From an uncultured Paraglaciecola sp. (GTDB lineage: Bacteria; Pseudomonadota; Gammaproteobacteria; Enterobacterales; Alteromonadaceae), in assembly GCF_913058035.1 (NCBI RefSeq), contig NZ_CAJXPA010000001.1, positions 17,120-81,119 on the forward strand: a stretch of DNA of 64,000 nucleotides. Reading direction: 5' to 3'. Within the stretch, counting starts at the first letter, position 1, and every line of letters begins with the position of its first letter. The notes below the pieces were generated by a model. It saw nothing but the letters and a program-made list of their open reading frames with translations. It searched no databases and was not told where the DNA came from. Positions 9,710 to 20,205 of the stretch are shown here, piece after piece. Position numbers and translations under genes: made by a program.

Positions 9710-10792
9710 ATGAAATACCAAGGCAGTCCTACTTTTACCCATAGCCAAAACGACAAAGTGGGCGTGTTAGTCACAAATTTGGGCACACCTGATGCGCCTA
9801 AAAAAGCTGAGTTAAAACGTTACTTAAAAGAATTTTTATCCGATCCAAGAGTGGTTGAAGTACCAAGATTGTTATGGTGGATGATTTTAAACTTAGTCAT
9901 ATTAAATATTCGTCCAAAGCGTTCAGCTAAGGCTTATGAGACTGTGTGGTCAGATCGTGGTTCACCGCTAATGTACTACACACACGACCAAGCCAATGCT
10001 CTGCGAGCTAAGTTACAGCATCAACATGGCGACGATGTAGTGGTTGATTTTGCCATGCGATATGGATCACCTTCTGTAGACTCCGTAGTCGATAAAATGT
10101 TGCAGCAAGGCGTTCGAAAATTACTAGTGTTGCCGTTGTATCCACAATATTGCGCATCCACCACTGGTTCAACTTTTGATGCGATTGCTCATAGTTTTAG
10201 CAAAAGACGTTGGATACCTGAATTACGTTTTGTTACGCATTATCACGACAACCCAGATTATATAAATGCTGTGGCCGATAAGATTAAAGCTCATTGGGAC
10301 GAGCATGGACGAGCTGAAAAATTGATTTTTAGCTATCACGGTATTCCTAAGCGTTATCTGTTAAACGGTGACCCTTATCATTGTGAATGCCATAAAACAT
10401 CACGTCTTATTGCACAGGCGCTAGGAATAAAGGCAGATGAGCATTTCACTAGCTTTCAATCACGTTTTGGTCGCGAGGAATGGTTAAAACCTTATACTGA
10501 TGAGTCGCTTAAAGCATTTCCTAAGCAAGGTGTTAAGTCTGTGCAAATTGTTTGCCCAGGATTTGCTGCTGATTGTCTAGAAACAATTGAAGAAATTGGC
10601 GAAGAAAATCGTGAATATTTTATTGAAGCGGGAGGCGAACGTTACGAATATATTGCAGCGCTCAATGCCGATGAAGCGCACATTCAAGCATTAACAAATC
10701 TACTTGAGTCCCATCTACAGGGATGGACAACTACCCCAGAAAATACTCAACTTCGAAGTGAACTGGCAGTATCAATAGGCGCTGAGAAGTAA
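9710..10792 (+). CDS. hemH: Ferrochelatase
   Basis: NLGTPDAP, YLKEFLSDPRVV, LPLYPQY, SYHGIP, FQSRFG..WLKPYT, DCLETIEEI. Confidence 0.97.
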   Translation: MKYQGSPTFTHSQNDKVGVLVTNLGTPDAPKKAELKRYLKEFLSDPRVVEVPRLLWWMILNLVILNIRPKRSAKAYETVWSDRGSPLMYYTHDQANALRAKLQHQHGDDVVVDFAMRYGSPSVDSVVDKMLQQGVRKLLVLPLYPQYCASTTGSTFDAIAHSFSKRRWIPELRFVTHYHDNPDYINAVADKIKAHWDEHGRAEKLIFSYHGIPKRYLLNGDPYHCECHKTSRLIAQALGIKADEHFTSFQSRFGREEWLKPYTDESLKAFPKQGVKSVQIVCPGFAADCLETIEEIGEENREYFIEAGGERYEYIAALNADEAHIQALTNLLESHLQGWTTTPENTQLRSELAVSIGAEK

Positions 10793-10803
10793 TAAAGGCG
10801 ACT

Positions 10804-10837
10804 TAATTCGGTCTTCATAGCTAACAAGACCGAATTA
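10804..10837 (+). terminator. Hairpin/terminator after hemH
   Basis: Perfect 12-bp inverted repeat TAATTCGGTCTT...AAGACCGAATTA. Confidence 0.6.
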
Positions 10838-10988
10838 CACAATTTGTGTTAACATGACGTTTACATTTGTATGCCTCTCATGTTGTCATAATTATAGAGA
10901 TAACACAGCACAGCTTACGAGATAATAATCAGAAAAGCCGCGCAAACCCAGTATGGGTTGATAAAGCGGATGCAGAACAGGAACTTCC

Positions 10989-12269
10989 ATGTCTACACAA
11001 ATTATCACTGACCAAGTCTTGGTCCACACACCACTTTTTACCAACGATGCTAGCGTTATGGGTATCTTGGCGATTTTATTAGGTTTAGTGTTTTACACTG
11101 CTAACAGCCAAGCTTCTTTTTGGCGCAAGTTTTATATGTTTGTGCCGTCAGTTTTACTTTGCTATTTTTTACCTTCATTACTTAATACCTTTGGCCTAAT
11201 CGATGGCGAGAACTCACAGCTTTATTATGTAGCCTCCCGTTATCTGCTGCCTGCTTGTTTAGTATTATTAACTATTAGTGTCGACTTAAAAGCTATCGCT
11301 AAATTAGGTAGCAAGGCTATCATCCTATTTTTTACAGGCACTGTGGGTATTGTCATTGGCGGGCCAATTGCGCTGTTGTTGGTGGCTTCCTTTTTCCCTG
11401 AGCTATTAGGTGTTGACGGACCCAATGCGGTTTGGCGAGGCATGACGACCGTAGCAGGTAGCTGGATTGGTGGCAGTGCTAATCAAGTGGCGATGAAAGA
11501 AATTTATGGAGCAGGCGATCAGATGTTCTCAGCTATGGTGACGGTTGACATTATAGTGGCAAATCTATGGATGGCTGTGCTGTTAATTATGGCGGCCAAT
11601 GCTAAGTCCATTGATGCTAGAACGGGTGCCGATACCTCAGCAATTGATGAACTGAAAGCAAAAGTTAAGCGTTTTCAGGCTGAACACTCTCGCGTCCCCA
11701 CATTAACCGATATTATGCTGATTGTAGCGGTCGGATTGGGCGTTACAGGTTTTGCACATATGTTTGCAGATTCTATCGTGCCATATTTTGTTGAAAACTT
11801 TCCTGGAACAGAGAAATTTAGTTTCCATAGTAAATTTTTCTGGATGATTGTTTTTGCTAGTTCAGTCGGAGTAGGATTATCTTTCACTAAGGTTAGACAG
11901 CTAGAAGGGGCAGGAGCATCAAAGATAGGTTCTGCTTTTTTATATATATTGATTGCAACTATCGGTATGAAGATGGATATCACCATGATTGCAGATCAGC
12001 CTCTATTCTTTGTGATTGGAGCCATTTGGATGTTAATTCACGCTGCACTTATGTTAGCTGTTGCCAAGCTCATCAAAGCTCCTTTATTTTATATGGCGGT
12101 AGGTAGTCAAGCCAACGTGGGCGGTGCAGCTTCGGCACCTATAGTTGCCTCTGCATTTCATCCTTCATTGGCACCAGTTGCGGTAATGTTAGCGGTATTT
12201 GGTTATACAGTTGGCACTTATATGGCTTGGTTCTGTGGGCAAATTTTGCAAGTGATTAACCAGACATAA
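10989..12269 (+). CDS. DUF819 family membrane protein (putative transporter)
   Basis: About 11 TM helices; GSWIGGSANQVAM, GSQANVGGAASAP. Confidence 0.85.
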   Translation: MSTQIITDQVLVHTPLFTNDASVMGILAILLGLVFYTANSQASFWRKFYMFVPSVLLCYFLPSLLNTFGLIDGENSQLYYVASRYLLPACLVLLTISVDLKAIAKLGSKAIILFFTGTVGIVIGGPIALLLVASFFPELLGVDGPNAVWRGMTTVAGSWIGGSANQVAMKEIYGAGDQMFSAMVTVDIIVANLWMAVLLIMAANAKSIDARTGADTSAIDELKAKVKRFQAEHSRVPTLTDIMLIVAVGLGVTGFAHMFADSIVPYFVENFPGTEKFSFHSKFFWMIVFASSVGVGLSFTKVRQLEGAGASKIGSAFLYILIATIGMKMDITMIADQPLFFVIGAIWMLIHAALMLAVAKLIKAPLFYMAVGSQANVGGAASAPIVASAFHPSLAPVAVMLAVFGYTVGTYMAWFCGQILQVINQT

Positions 12270-12306
12270 TGATTTTTAGTCAGCATATAGTCATCAAGGA
12301 GCAAAA

Positions 12307-12723
12307 ATGACCGAAACAGTTCAGGCGCCCAAAGTTCTTTTAGAGGCGCAGAAATTGGCTAACCTGACCGATTCCAAGATACGCATACCATTTTTGGGTA
12401 TTCGTTTAGGGTTAGATTTTTTAGTCGGTTTGATTCCCATTGTGGGTGACATTATTATGGTGGCAGTGTCGATTAGTATTGTTGCTATGGCTAAAAGCAT
12501 GAAGGTTCCAAAAGCATTACGTATCGCTATGCTAAAAAATATTGGTGTCGATTTTTTGCTTGGCTTAATTCCATTTGTAGGTGATCTAGTCGACATATTT
12601 TATAAATCAAATCAGAAAAATGTACGCATTATGGAAAAGTGGTGGGTTAGCCAGAACCACCAGCTAATTCAGGCTAACAGTCAGCAAGCTTTGCAAGAGT
12701 GGGAAAAGTCTCAAGGTATCTAG
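12307..12723 (+). CDS. DUF4112 domain protein
   Basis: D...RIP..GIRLGLDFLVGLIPIVGD...GLIPFVGDLVD..YKSN.KN. Confidence 0.85.
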   Translation: MTETVQAPKVLLEAQKLANLTDSKIRIPFLGIRLGLDFLVGLIPIVGDIIMVAVSISIVAMAKSMKVPKALRIAMLKNIGVDFLLGLIPFVGDLVDIFYKSNQKNVRIMEKWWVSQNHQLIQANSQQALQEWEKSQGI

Positions 12724-12733
12724 ACAAGCTCAT

Positions 12734-13096
12734 CTATTCAGCGACGCAACAAGACTGTAAATCTTCTAGTTTGATAATGGCTAAACAGGCCTGGTTGGTC
12801 GCCGCAAGTACTACCTTCGGTGCGCAGTTGGCGTTAAATGCTTCCTGCCATCTTGCAGCGCACAAACACCATTTGTCTCCTTCTTTTAATCCGGCAAACT
12901 GATATTGTGGTATCGGAGTTGATAAATCATTGCCTCTAGACTTTGAAAACTCTAAAAACTCGTGAGTGATAATAGCACAAACACTGTGATTTCCATGGTC
13001 GCTTGAAGGCACGTAACAAAAACCCTCACGGGTAAACCCACTGTTTCCACAGCAAAGTTTTAATGGTTGGTCTAATACATTTTTTTCGTTTGGCAT
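12734..13096 (-). CDS. DUF2237 family protein
   Basis: GFTREGFC, GNHSVCA, GNDLSTP, GLKEGDKWCLCAARW. Confidence 0.9.
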   Translation of the reverse strand: MPNEKNVLDQPLKLCCGNSGFTREGFCYVPSSDHGNHSVCAIITHEFLEFSKSRGNDLSTPIPQYQFAGLKEGDKWCLCAARWQEAFNANCAPKVVLAATNQACLAIIKLEDLQSCCVAE

Positions 13097-13379
13097 AGAG
13101 ATTGATTACACATTTTAATTGATTGAGTAAAAATTATAACATTCTTGAGGTTTAATAACCGACTTGATGAAGTTAGCTACACGATTACGTTATATTATTA
13201 ATTAAAGAGATATGTACGTTTTTGTTACCAAGAAGTCTGCACTTAATGATTCTTAAGTTAATTAAAAACGTAAAAAAATACCCGTGTGTAAACAATTGAA
13301 AACGTTATTGTCTTTATAAAATTACTATTTAAATTCAGTTGCTGCTTTTGGCAAAACTCAAAATCTAAGAAGAACTACT

Positions 13380-13988
13380 ATGAAAATATACGATACTAAA
13401 ACAGCACCTTCACCAAGACGGGTGCGCATTTTTTTAGCAGAAAAAAATATTCCAATGGAATATGTGCAGGTCGATTTACAAAAAGGGGAAAACATATCAC
13501 CACAAATGCGCCAGAAAAACCCAATGGGGAAAATACCAATTTTAGAGTTAGATGATGGTAGTTGTATTAGTGAAGGTGCATCAATTTGTTTATATTTTGA
13601 AGAGTTGTATCCAGAAATCAATTTATTGGGAAAAGATGCTCTAGAAAAAGCCACCATAGACATGTGGCACCGACAGGTTGAACTCTATTTTTTTGGTCAA
13701 GTAGGTATGTGTTTTCAACATACAACAGGCTATTTTAAAGACCGTATGACACCCGTTAAAGAATACGGTGTAGTCGCGGGTAAAAACGCTGCTGGTTTTC
13801 TTCACGAACTAGAAAAACGTTTAGCTGTGTCTGAGTTTATTGCTGCTGGCCGATTCACCATAGCTGATATTACTGCTATGTGCGCAGTCGATTTTGCCAG
13901 AGTTGTGAATATTAAGATTACTGAGGAACAAACTAATCTTAGAAGATGGTATGCCGCAGTCAGCAGTCGTGCAAGTGCAAAAGCCTAA
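13380..13988 (+). CDS. Glutathione S-transferase family protein
   Basis: APSPRRVRIFLAEK, NPMGKIPILELDDG..ISE, FTIADI. Confidence 0.92.
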   Translation: MKIYDTKTAPSPRRVRIFLAEKNIPMEYVQVDLQKGENISPQMRQKNPMGKIPILELDDGSCISEGASICLYFEELYPEINLLGKDALEKATIDMWHRQVELYFFGQVGMCFQHTTGYFKDRMTPVKEYGVVAGKNAAGFLHELEKRLAVSEFIAAGRFTIADITAMCAVDFARVVNIKITEEQTNLRRWYAAVSSRASAKA

Positions 13989-14189
13989 ATTTGCTGGTGC
14001 GGTAAGTTGTCTAATCGTCAGGATAGCGGTATCGGTGGCTGGTACAATGTCAACATTAAATAACTCAGCATGACTAATCATGTGAGGACGCCAATGATCA
14101 GTTCTGCAGCACAGTTTGACTATAACGGACACTTCTCAATAGTATTAACGTTCGATGAATAAACGGTATTATTCGATTTAATATTGGTT

Positions 14190-15083
14190 CTAATCACGCC
14201 ATCTTCTTGTTAGGTCATCATAAGCATCTATTCTACGGTCTCTAAAATATGGCCAGATGCGTTTGATCTTTTCTGTGCGGTTTAGATCGATGTCTACTAT
14301 TAAGTTTTCTTCTTTATCGCTGCTGGCTTGGGCTAACATTTCTCCCTGTGGACCAGTAATAAAGCTTTGCCCCCAAAATTGAATACCAGGATCGCCTGCA
14401 ACAGGAGACGCTTCAAAACCTGTGCGGTTCGCTACCACTACGGGTAACGAATTAGCTACAGCATGAGAGCGCTGGATAGTTAGCCAGGCATCGTGTTGGC
14501 GAGCCTGTTCTGCTGCAGTATCGTTTTTATCCCAGCCTATTGCAGTAGGGTAAAATAACATGTCGGCACCAGCCATCGCCATTAATCTTGCTGCTTCTGG
14601 GTACCATTGGTCCCAACATACCAATACACCTAGTTTGCCTACGCTGGTTTGAATAGGTTCAAAACCAAGATCACCTGGAGTAAAGTAAAATTTTTCGTAA
14701 AAACCAGGATCATCAGGAATATGCATTTTGCGATATTTGCCGACTAAACCTTGTTGGCGATCAAACACTACAGCAGTATTGTGGTATAAACCTGAGCCAC
14801 GTTTTTCAAATAATGAGGTAATGAGCACGATGTTGAGTCTGGCCGCAAGCGCAGCAAAATAATCAGTAGCAGCACCGGGTATGGGTTCAGCTAAGTCAAA
14901 AAAATCAGTATTTTCTTGTTGGCAAAAATACATTGTGCTGTGCAATTCTTGCAACATCACAAGTTCACAGCCTTGATCAGCTAAAGCACTCACTTGTTCG
15001 GCACTACGGGCCCAGTTCACATTTTTATCATTATCAACAACGGCTTGTTGAACCACCCCGACCTTTAAACTGTGACTATTCAT
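14190..15083 (-). CDS. aguB: N-carbamoylputrescine amidase (carbon-nitrogen hydrolase)
   Basis: Nitrilase triad QEL, YRKMHIPDDPGFYEKFYFTPGD, CWDQWYPEAAR; overlaps the agmatine deiminase stop. Confidence 0.88.
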   Translation of the reverse strand: MNSHSLKVGVVQQAVVDNDKNVNWARSAEQVSALADQGCELVMLQELHSTMYFCQQENTDFFDLAEPIPGAATDYFAALAARLNIVLITSLFEKRGSGLYHNTAVVFDRQQGLVGKYRKMHIPDDPGFYEKFYFTPGDLGFEPIQTSVGKLGVLVCWDQWYPEAARLMAMAGADMLFYPTAIGWDKNDTAAEQARQHDAWLTIQRSHAVANSLPVVVANRTGFEASPVAGDPGIQFWGQSFITGPQGEMLAQASSDKEENLIVDIDLNRTEKIKRIWPYFRDRRIDAYDDLTRRWRD

Positions 15084-16131
15084 ATACGCTGACTCCGTTA
15101 GCGATTGATTGCAAGATTTCTGGTTTAAGTATGCCACAAGGTATTTGCATGCTTATACAATGCAAACTTCCAAATTGTTGAACCAAGGGTAGGCAATTTA
15201 TTGGCACAATAGTAAAACTGGGGTAGGCGTTTTGTATAACTTGTAAAGCCAATTTATCCTCTGTTTGTAGATATATAGGGCATAAAATATGTTGGTTAGA
15301 AATCAAAAAATTTGCATAGGACGCGGGAAGCCTGACCCCCTTTAAATTAGCAACATACGGCAGTGGCAACTCAAAAATTTTGTGTCTGGGGAAATTATAT
15401 TGACATTCTTTGACTAAAGCCGATAGCCCTTCAAAATGACTATCGTCCGGGCAATTAAAAGCCGATTGAATAACTAGACCGTTATCTGGGGTAAAACGCA
15501 CCAAAGTATCAATATGTCCATCTGTATCATCACCATCTAAATGACCGTTCCTTAAAACGACACTTTGTTTAGTGCCCAAAAATCGTTCAAAATCTAACTG
15601 GTAAGATGCGATAGATTTATCACCGTTACGTTTGGGGTTTGTCAGGCATAGTTCGGTAGATAATAACGTACCGTATTGGTCAATTTCCAATGCGCCACCT
15701 TCAACGACTAGATCAATCGATTTGATCGGTTGCTGACAAAGCTGACTCAGTACATTTTGATTGACTTGATTATCTATAGTGGCATCAAACTTTTTTCCCC
15801 AACCATTGAATACAAACTCAATAGCCTGCATTCCTGACCCATCAATACAGCTCAAAAAGCCGTAGTCTCTTATCCAAGTATCATTAAACTGTGCATCCAC
15901 AATCAATACTTGGCTAGAAATACTCAAGCTGCTTAAGCTATTTTTAATTTCTTCATTACGGACTAACAACACAACACCGGTATTAGCATGGTTGAGGGAG
16001 TCAATAATTTGTAGATACACATTTTGTACAGCGTCCAACCAAGGCTCCCAATCGGTGTATTTATCTGGCCATACCAGTATAACGGCTTCTTGTTGAGCCC
16101 ATTCGGGTATCAGTTGATAGTTGTCAGACAT
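15076..16131 (-). CDS. aguA: Agmatine deiminase family protein
   Basis: PEW, DTWIRDYG, FNGWG.KF, EGGA, DTDGHID, ASYANF, GSLHC catalytic Cys. Confidence 0.85.
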   Translation of the reverse strand: MSDNYQLIPEWAQQEAVILVWPDKYTDWEPWLDAVQNVYLQIIDSLNHANTGVVLLVRNEEIKNSLSSLSISSQVLIVDAQFNDTWIRDYGFLSCIDGSGMQAIEFVFNGWGKKFDATIDNQVNQNVLSQLCQQPIKSIDLVVEGGALEIDQYGTLLSTELCLTNPKRNGDKSIASYQLDFERFLGTKQSVVLRNGHLDGDDTDGHIDTLVRFTPDNGLVIQSAFNCPDDSHFEGLSALVKECQYNFPRHKIFELPLPYVANLKGVRLPASYANFLISNQHILCPIYLQTEDKLALQVIQNAYPSFTIVPINCLPLVQQFGSLHCISMQIPCGILKPEILQSIANGVSVYE

Positions 16132-16551
16132 GTGTGTCATTCGTTTAGGATAGCCAAGTCTTATAATACCTAACACAAGCTTGGGTTACTAACATTGCTA
16201 TCGTCTTGTTTTGTTGTTTTTGACTCTTGTTCAACTCTTTTGGGTCATGTTTTGCCATTTATTCAACTTAAAATCGTTAACAAAGTTTAACATCACTAAT
16301 TTACGTAGGAACTTCAGGTTTTTATTTTGCTATTTTTTAGATTGATTAATATCATTTTTTGACATTTTAGATATAAGAGTGATTGAAAAAGCTATGTTTT
16401 TCAATTGTATACAGCTGTTACAAATTTTTAACCCATTGTTTTACATAACTTTTACTAGTTGTATACAATAAAATCACAGAATTTTATTCGTCGATCAGTC
16501 ATAAATGTAGTTGGGGATTACCCAAAACACGAACTCACTGGAGAAAAACTG

Positions 16552-16875
16552 ATGAAAAAACTAATCGCACTATCTGTGATATCAATGTCAATTTTTACAT
16601 TTAATGCCAATGCCAAACTTGGCTCACAGAACAATGTGAAATACGCTGGCGACTTGTCTTATAAAAAGTTTTGTGAAGCCGTTGTCAAAGATGATGTCAA
16701 CATGCTTAAAAGAAGTGTACGTGACAAAGTAGGTCTTTTAGCAAGCAGTTCTCAAGGCGTGCTAAAAAAATTGATTTCTTCCAATGGAATGGAATGTAAT
16801 GGTGTTGATTTGATGTCATTTTCAGAGCAACGCAAATCATCACAAGTATATAAATATCTTTCTAATGAAAAGTAA
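16552..16875 (+). CDS. Exported DUF3718-like protein
   Basis: GGAG SD, signal peptide MKKLIALS...ANA, CEAVVKDD...CNG pattern. Confidence 0.7.
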   Translation: MKKLIALSVISMSIFTFNANAKLGSQNNVKYAGDLSYKKFCEAVVKDDVNMLKRSVRDKVGLLASSSQGVLKKLISSNGMECNGVDLMSFSEQRKSSQVYKYLSNEK

Positions 16876-16898
16876 CCTTTATTTACAGACTAAAATAT

Positions 16899-16931
16899 CA
16901 GTCCATAACTTGCATTGCGAGTTATGGACTG
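16899..16931. terminator. Hairpin/terminator between convergent genes
   Basis: CAGTCCATAACT...AGTTATGGACTG 12-bp inverted repeat. Confidence 0.65.
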
Positions 16932-16955
16932 GTCCTATCTTCACTCTTACTCGAA

Positions 16956-17390
16956 CTAGTGGACGTTAATTTTTTGGCAGGCCGCTGCTACTAATTGATT
17001 ATAGGTTGCTGCGTATTGGTATAATTGTTTACGTAATTTTAAATCATTTTTTGACTTTAAGACATCACCACTTCCCGCAATCAGTTGGTAACCACAGTGT
17101 TTTCTTAGTGAGGATGATTCATTATTAATGCCCGGAATAGAGGTTGCTCTGCCAGCAAAGGCTAACAAAGCAAAGTCTTGCTTTTGAATCGCCAAACTTG
17201 CATCCACTTTAGGGTCTGCATAATGCAGCCATTTGAGATCACCACTTCGATTATGAGTGATGTGTTGGCTTCGGTCATCTTGAACTGATTCAGTTGTTTT
17301 AGATAAAAATGAGTCATTGGTTTGGCTGCAACCCTGTGTTAAAAATCCTATCGCAATGGCAAACATTAAAAAGTATAACCAATTATTCAT
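16956..17390 (-). CDS. Hypothetical lipoprotein
   Basis: Hydrophobic leader with lipobox-like TQGC; ATGA overlap with the upstream protease. Confidence 0.7.
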   Translation of the reverse strand: MNNWLYFLMFAIAIGFLTQGCSQTNDSFLSKTTESVQDDRSQHITHNRSGDLKWLHYADPKVDASLAIQKQDFALLAFAGRATSIPGINNESSSLRKHCGYQLIAGSGDVLKSKNDLKLRKQLYQYAATYNQLVAAACQKINVH

Positions 17391-20017
17391 AATGGCTTTC
17401 GCATAGCAGGTGAGCTAAACATTCTTATAAATAAACAAACAAAAGACAAAAAACTTAGGAATAGCACACTTCCTCCACCAGACTCTGTTGAAACTGGTGT
17501 TACCGAATTCACTTGAATACTCAGTACTGCTTCATCCATTAATGTGCCATCCGTTGCTGCATACACTATGGTGTCTGTTCCAGAAAATCCCACTTCTGGT
17601 GTATACGTCAATTGTTGATTTGATATTGATACTTGACCTCGTCCACTGTAGCTAAATGAGTCGATGTTTAACACATCCACATCCACATCATTGTCATTGC
17701 TTAATACATCAATCATTACAGAAGCACTATTTTGTTGAATAGAAATACTGTCGTTGTTCGCAACCGGTGCATCATTGACTGCTGTAACTTGCACCTGAAG
17801 TACAAACAAGTCGCTGTCAAGATTACCATCATTAACAACAACCGATACGCTAAGTATTCCGTTGAAGTTCGCATTTGGTATCAGAGTCTGTTGATTAATA
17901 ATGAAATTGTCGCCGTTTTGTATGGTCAGAGTGAAATCTTGTGGATAAGCAGAATCTGCATCGGAGACGTTTAAATCAGCAAAATCGATTTGTCTCTCTG
18001 AGTCTTCACTAAGACTAATGGTGTTCTGACTATCTATCAGGGGTGCAACAGGCTCAATACCAATAATAGAGAATGCTTGAGCACTAAGTGCATAAAAAAC
18101 ATTATCGCTACATTTTAATACGAGTCGTGCTTTAGGACTGATTATATTGGGTACGCGGATGTTTTGTTGCCCATCATTGGATGTGTCTAAAAGTACTGAG
18201 GTTTCTAAAGGGTTATCTGTATCAGTAATCAGTAAGATATCGACGTTAGAACAATTGATAGGTGGGCCTAGTGTGTCGCCTGTGTCCCAAGTCACTGTTT
18301 GTTCCGATAATGCTTGCCACTGGGAGGGAGAGTCAATATTGAATGATTGGTTGGCAGTAGTCACAGTAATAACTACGTCTTGTTGGCTTACCCCGCCTTT
18401 GTTGTCTCTAGCCGTCAGTCTAAAACGCATATTCCTGTCAGTAGTGGCATAAGTTTCTCCAAGGCTCGTTTGTCCTGCGAGAACGTCTTTCAACTTCGGA
18501 AAGTAACGCTGTGCTTTGTCTGTTGGCCTGTAAGAACGAAACAATGGGTTATTGCCGTTATCACTACTGAGTTCATCAAGGTTCATTGTTGCGCCTAAAA
18601 TCCCACCGTTATCAAACTGTTCCCAAGTAAATATTAATGAATCGTCATCAGCATCATTGGCACTACCATTTAAAACAAAAGGTGTGTTAGCAGGAACTGT
18701 ATAAGCAATTTTTGCAAGTTGTATTTCTGGAATAGCATTGTTGATGTCTGTCTCAACACCGCAGTTTTGCTGTGAAAAACTATCAAGATAGTCACGAATA
18801 TTTTCAATGGATATGGCATGAAAATAAGGGTCACTTTCATTTTGCAGATTCTGCGATTCACAGATGCCTGCATAAGACATAATAGTTGAGCCACTTCCGG
18901 GTTCATAAGCTGAATTATTGTCGCGTTGTCCTTCAGCACAACTTTTAGAGTTAGTTGCGTTAAAACTATGTGTTGCACCTAACTGATGCCCTAGTTCATG
19001 GGCGACTAAATCAATAAAAAATCGTTCACCTTGCGGATTATTTAAACCTGTGTAGGCTTGAGCTTTGAATTCACTGTCACAGACTTCACCAACATAGGCT
19101 AACCCTCCAGGGTTAGTCCCCAGTAAGTGACCTATGTCGTAGTTTTGACTGCCAATAACTTGGTCGACAATATCCTGATTTAACTCAATATCAGTAGCGG
19201 CATCAGAATTAGTGAAAGGGTCGTTAATGGCATCAAAGAAAATGATGTCTTGGTTATCAATGAGTTCAAATTGTATGCCTAAATCTACTAATAGAATCTG
19301 ATTGATGCGGTTAACTAAATTCATTAATTCTGCAATCACATTTTCAGCCGTGCCACCTAATTTCTGGGTATACTCCCCAGTTGTGCTGATAGCCAGCTTA
19401 TAGGTGCGCAATGTGTCCCCACTACTCACTAGTTTTTGAGCTAATTTAAGCTCCTCTAGTTGGGTTTCTGCCAGTAAAAAATCAGCGGGAAGTGTTCCTT
19501 TTTTATACTCTTTAGGCGCATCTTTGTACCAATAGCTCACATAATCCTGTGTTTTTTCTTGGTAGCGAGGTGATAATAACATCCATTGATTTTTATACCG
19601 AAACAAACCAAACAAGCCTAGGTGAGAAATACTGAATCGCCCAATGTTTTTGGGTTGGTCAACTTGTTGTGCTTGATAGGTCATAAATTGTGGGTATTGT
19701 TCGGCTAAGTCAGTGCTCAAAATAGGCGAAGGGTTGAGTATGATTGATATGTTTAAACCATTAGGCAAAGGTAACGTGATCGTAGTGGACGAGTGTAAAT
19801 TAGAAAACGTTTCGTTTAATAGATCTTCATTTATGTACATGTATTTTGCGTTGTCAGCTATTGCGCGCAGCGGTTTTACTTGTTTTGACTTTGCTTGGGT
19901 AACTTGTTCTTGCCATAGTGTTTCAGCTTGAATTGAAAAATTGATAAAGCTGAGAGTAAATAAAAGTATCAATTGACGAGTAATTAGACGCATAAATAGA
20001 ACCACTAAACTTTGCAT
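17387..20017 (-). CDS. Secreted M12B/reprolysin-like zinc metallopeptidase with cadherin/Ig-like repeats and GlyGly-CTERM anchor
   Basis: HELGHQLGATH zinc motif, GSTIMSYAG Met-turn, VNDAPVANND cadherin-like repeat, C-terminal SGGGS plus TM plus basic residues; GAGG SD before ATG 20017. Confidence 0.88.
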   Translation of the reverse strand: MQSLVVLFMRLITRQLILLFTLSFINFSIQAETLWQEQVTQAKSKQVKPLRAIADNAKYMYINEDLLNETFSNLHSSTTITLPLPNGLNISIILNPSPILSTDLAEQYPQFMTYQAQQVDQPKNIGRFSISHLGLFGLFRYKNQWMLLSPRYQEKTQDYVSYWYKDAPKEYKKGTLPADFLLAETQLEELKLAQKLVSSGDTLRTYKLAISTTGEYTQKLGGTAENVIAELMNLVNRINQILLVDLGIQFELIDNQDIIFFDAINDPFTNSDAATDIELNQDIVDQVIGSQNYDIGHLLGTNPGGLAYVGEVCDSEFKAQAYTGLNNPQGERFFIDLVAHELGHQLGATHSFNATNSKSCAEGQRDNNSAYEPGSGSTIMSYAGICESQNLQNESDPYFHAISIENIRDYLDSFSQQNCGVETDINNAIPEIQLAKIAYTVPANTPFVLNGSANDADDDSLIFTWEQFDNGGILGATMNLDELSSDNGNNPLFRSYRPTDKAQRYFPKLKDVLAGQTSLGETYATTDRNMRFRLTARDNKGGVSQQDVVITVTTANQSFNIDSPSQWQALSEQTVTWDTGDTLGPPINCSNVDILLITDTDNPLETSVLLDTSNDGQQNIRVPNIISPKARLVLKCSDNVFYALSAQAFSIIGIEPVAPLIDSQNTISLSEDSERQIDFADLNVSDADSAYPQDFTLTIQNGDNFIINQQTLIPNANFNGILSVSVVVNDGNLDSDLFVLQVQVTAVNDAPVANNDSISIQQNSASVMIDVLSNDNDVDVDVLNIDSFSYSGRGQVSISNQQLTYTPEVGFSGTDTIVYAATDGTLMDEAVLSIQVNSVTPVSTESGGGSVLFLSFLSFVCLFIRMFSSPAMRKPL

Positions 20018-20205
20018 ATGTACCTCAAGGACCAATTAAATTGATGAAATGTTTCAATTAAATAGAAAATGAATGAAACTGAGTAACTGAACTCACAGAC
20101 GGGTAAGTAAACGATTCTGCAGGAACATTAGACTCTATGTATGTTCATCTGTGACTGATTAAAATTTATAAAGTATGTTCATGTCTCGACTATGCATAAA
20201 CAGCC

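Noticed and set aside
10930-10975. Hairpin in the DUF819 leader (CCGC..AACCCA/TGGGTT..GCGG) as a riboswitch
   Set aside because: No match to a riboswitch consensus I recognise; an Rfam/Infernal search would be needed
13821-14132. 103-aa minus-strand ORF overlapping the GST 3' end
   Set aside because: Half is antisense to GST, weak GTG start, no recognisable motif; a gene remnant cannot be excluded without blastx
20090-20185. Possible structured leader upstream of the metalloprotease
   Set aside because: Only short imperfect pairings and a 10-bp direct repeat; compatible with chance
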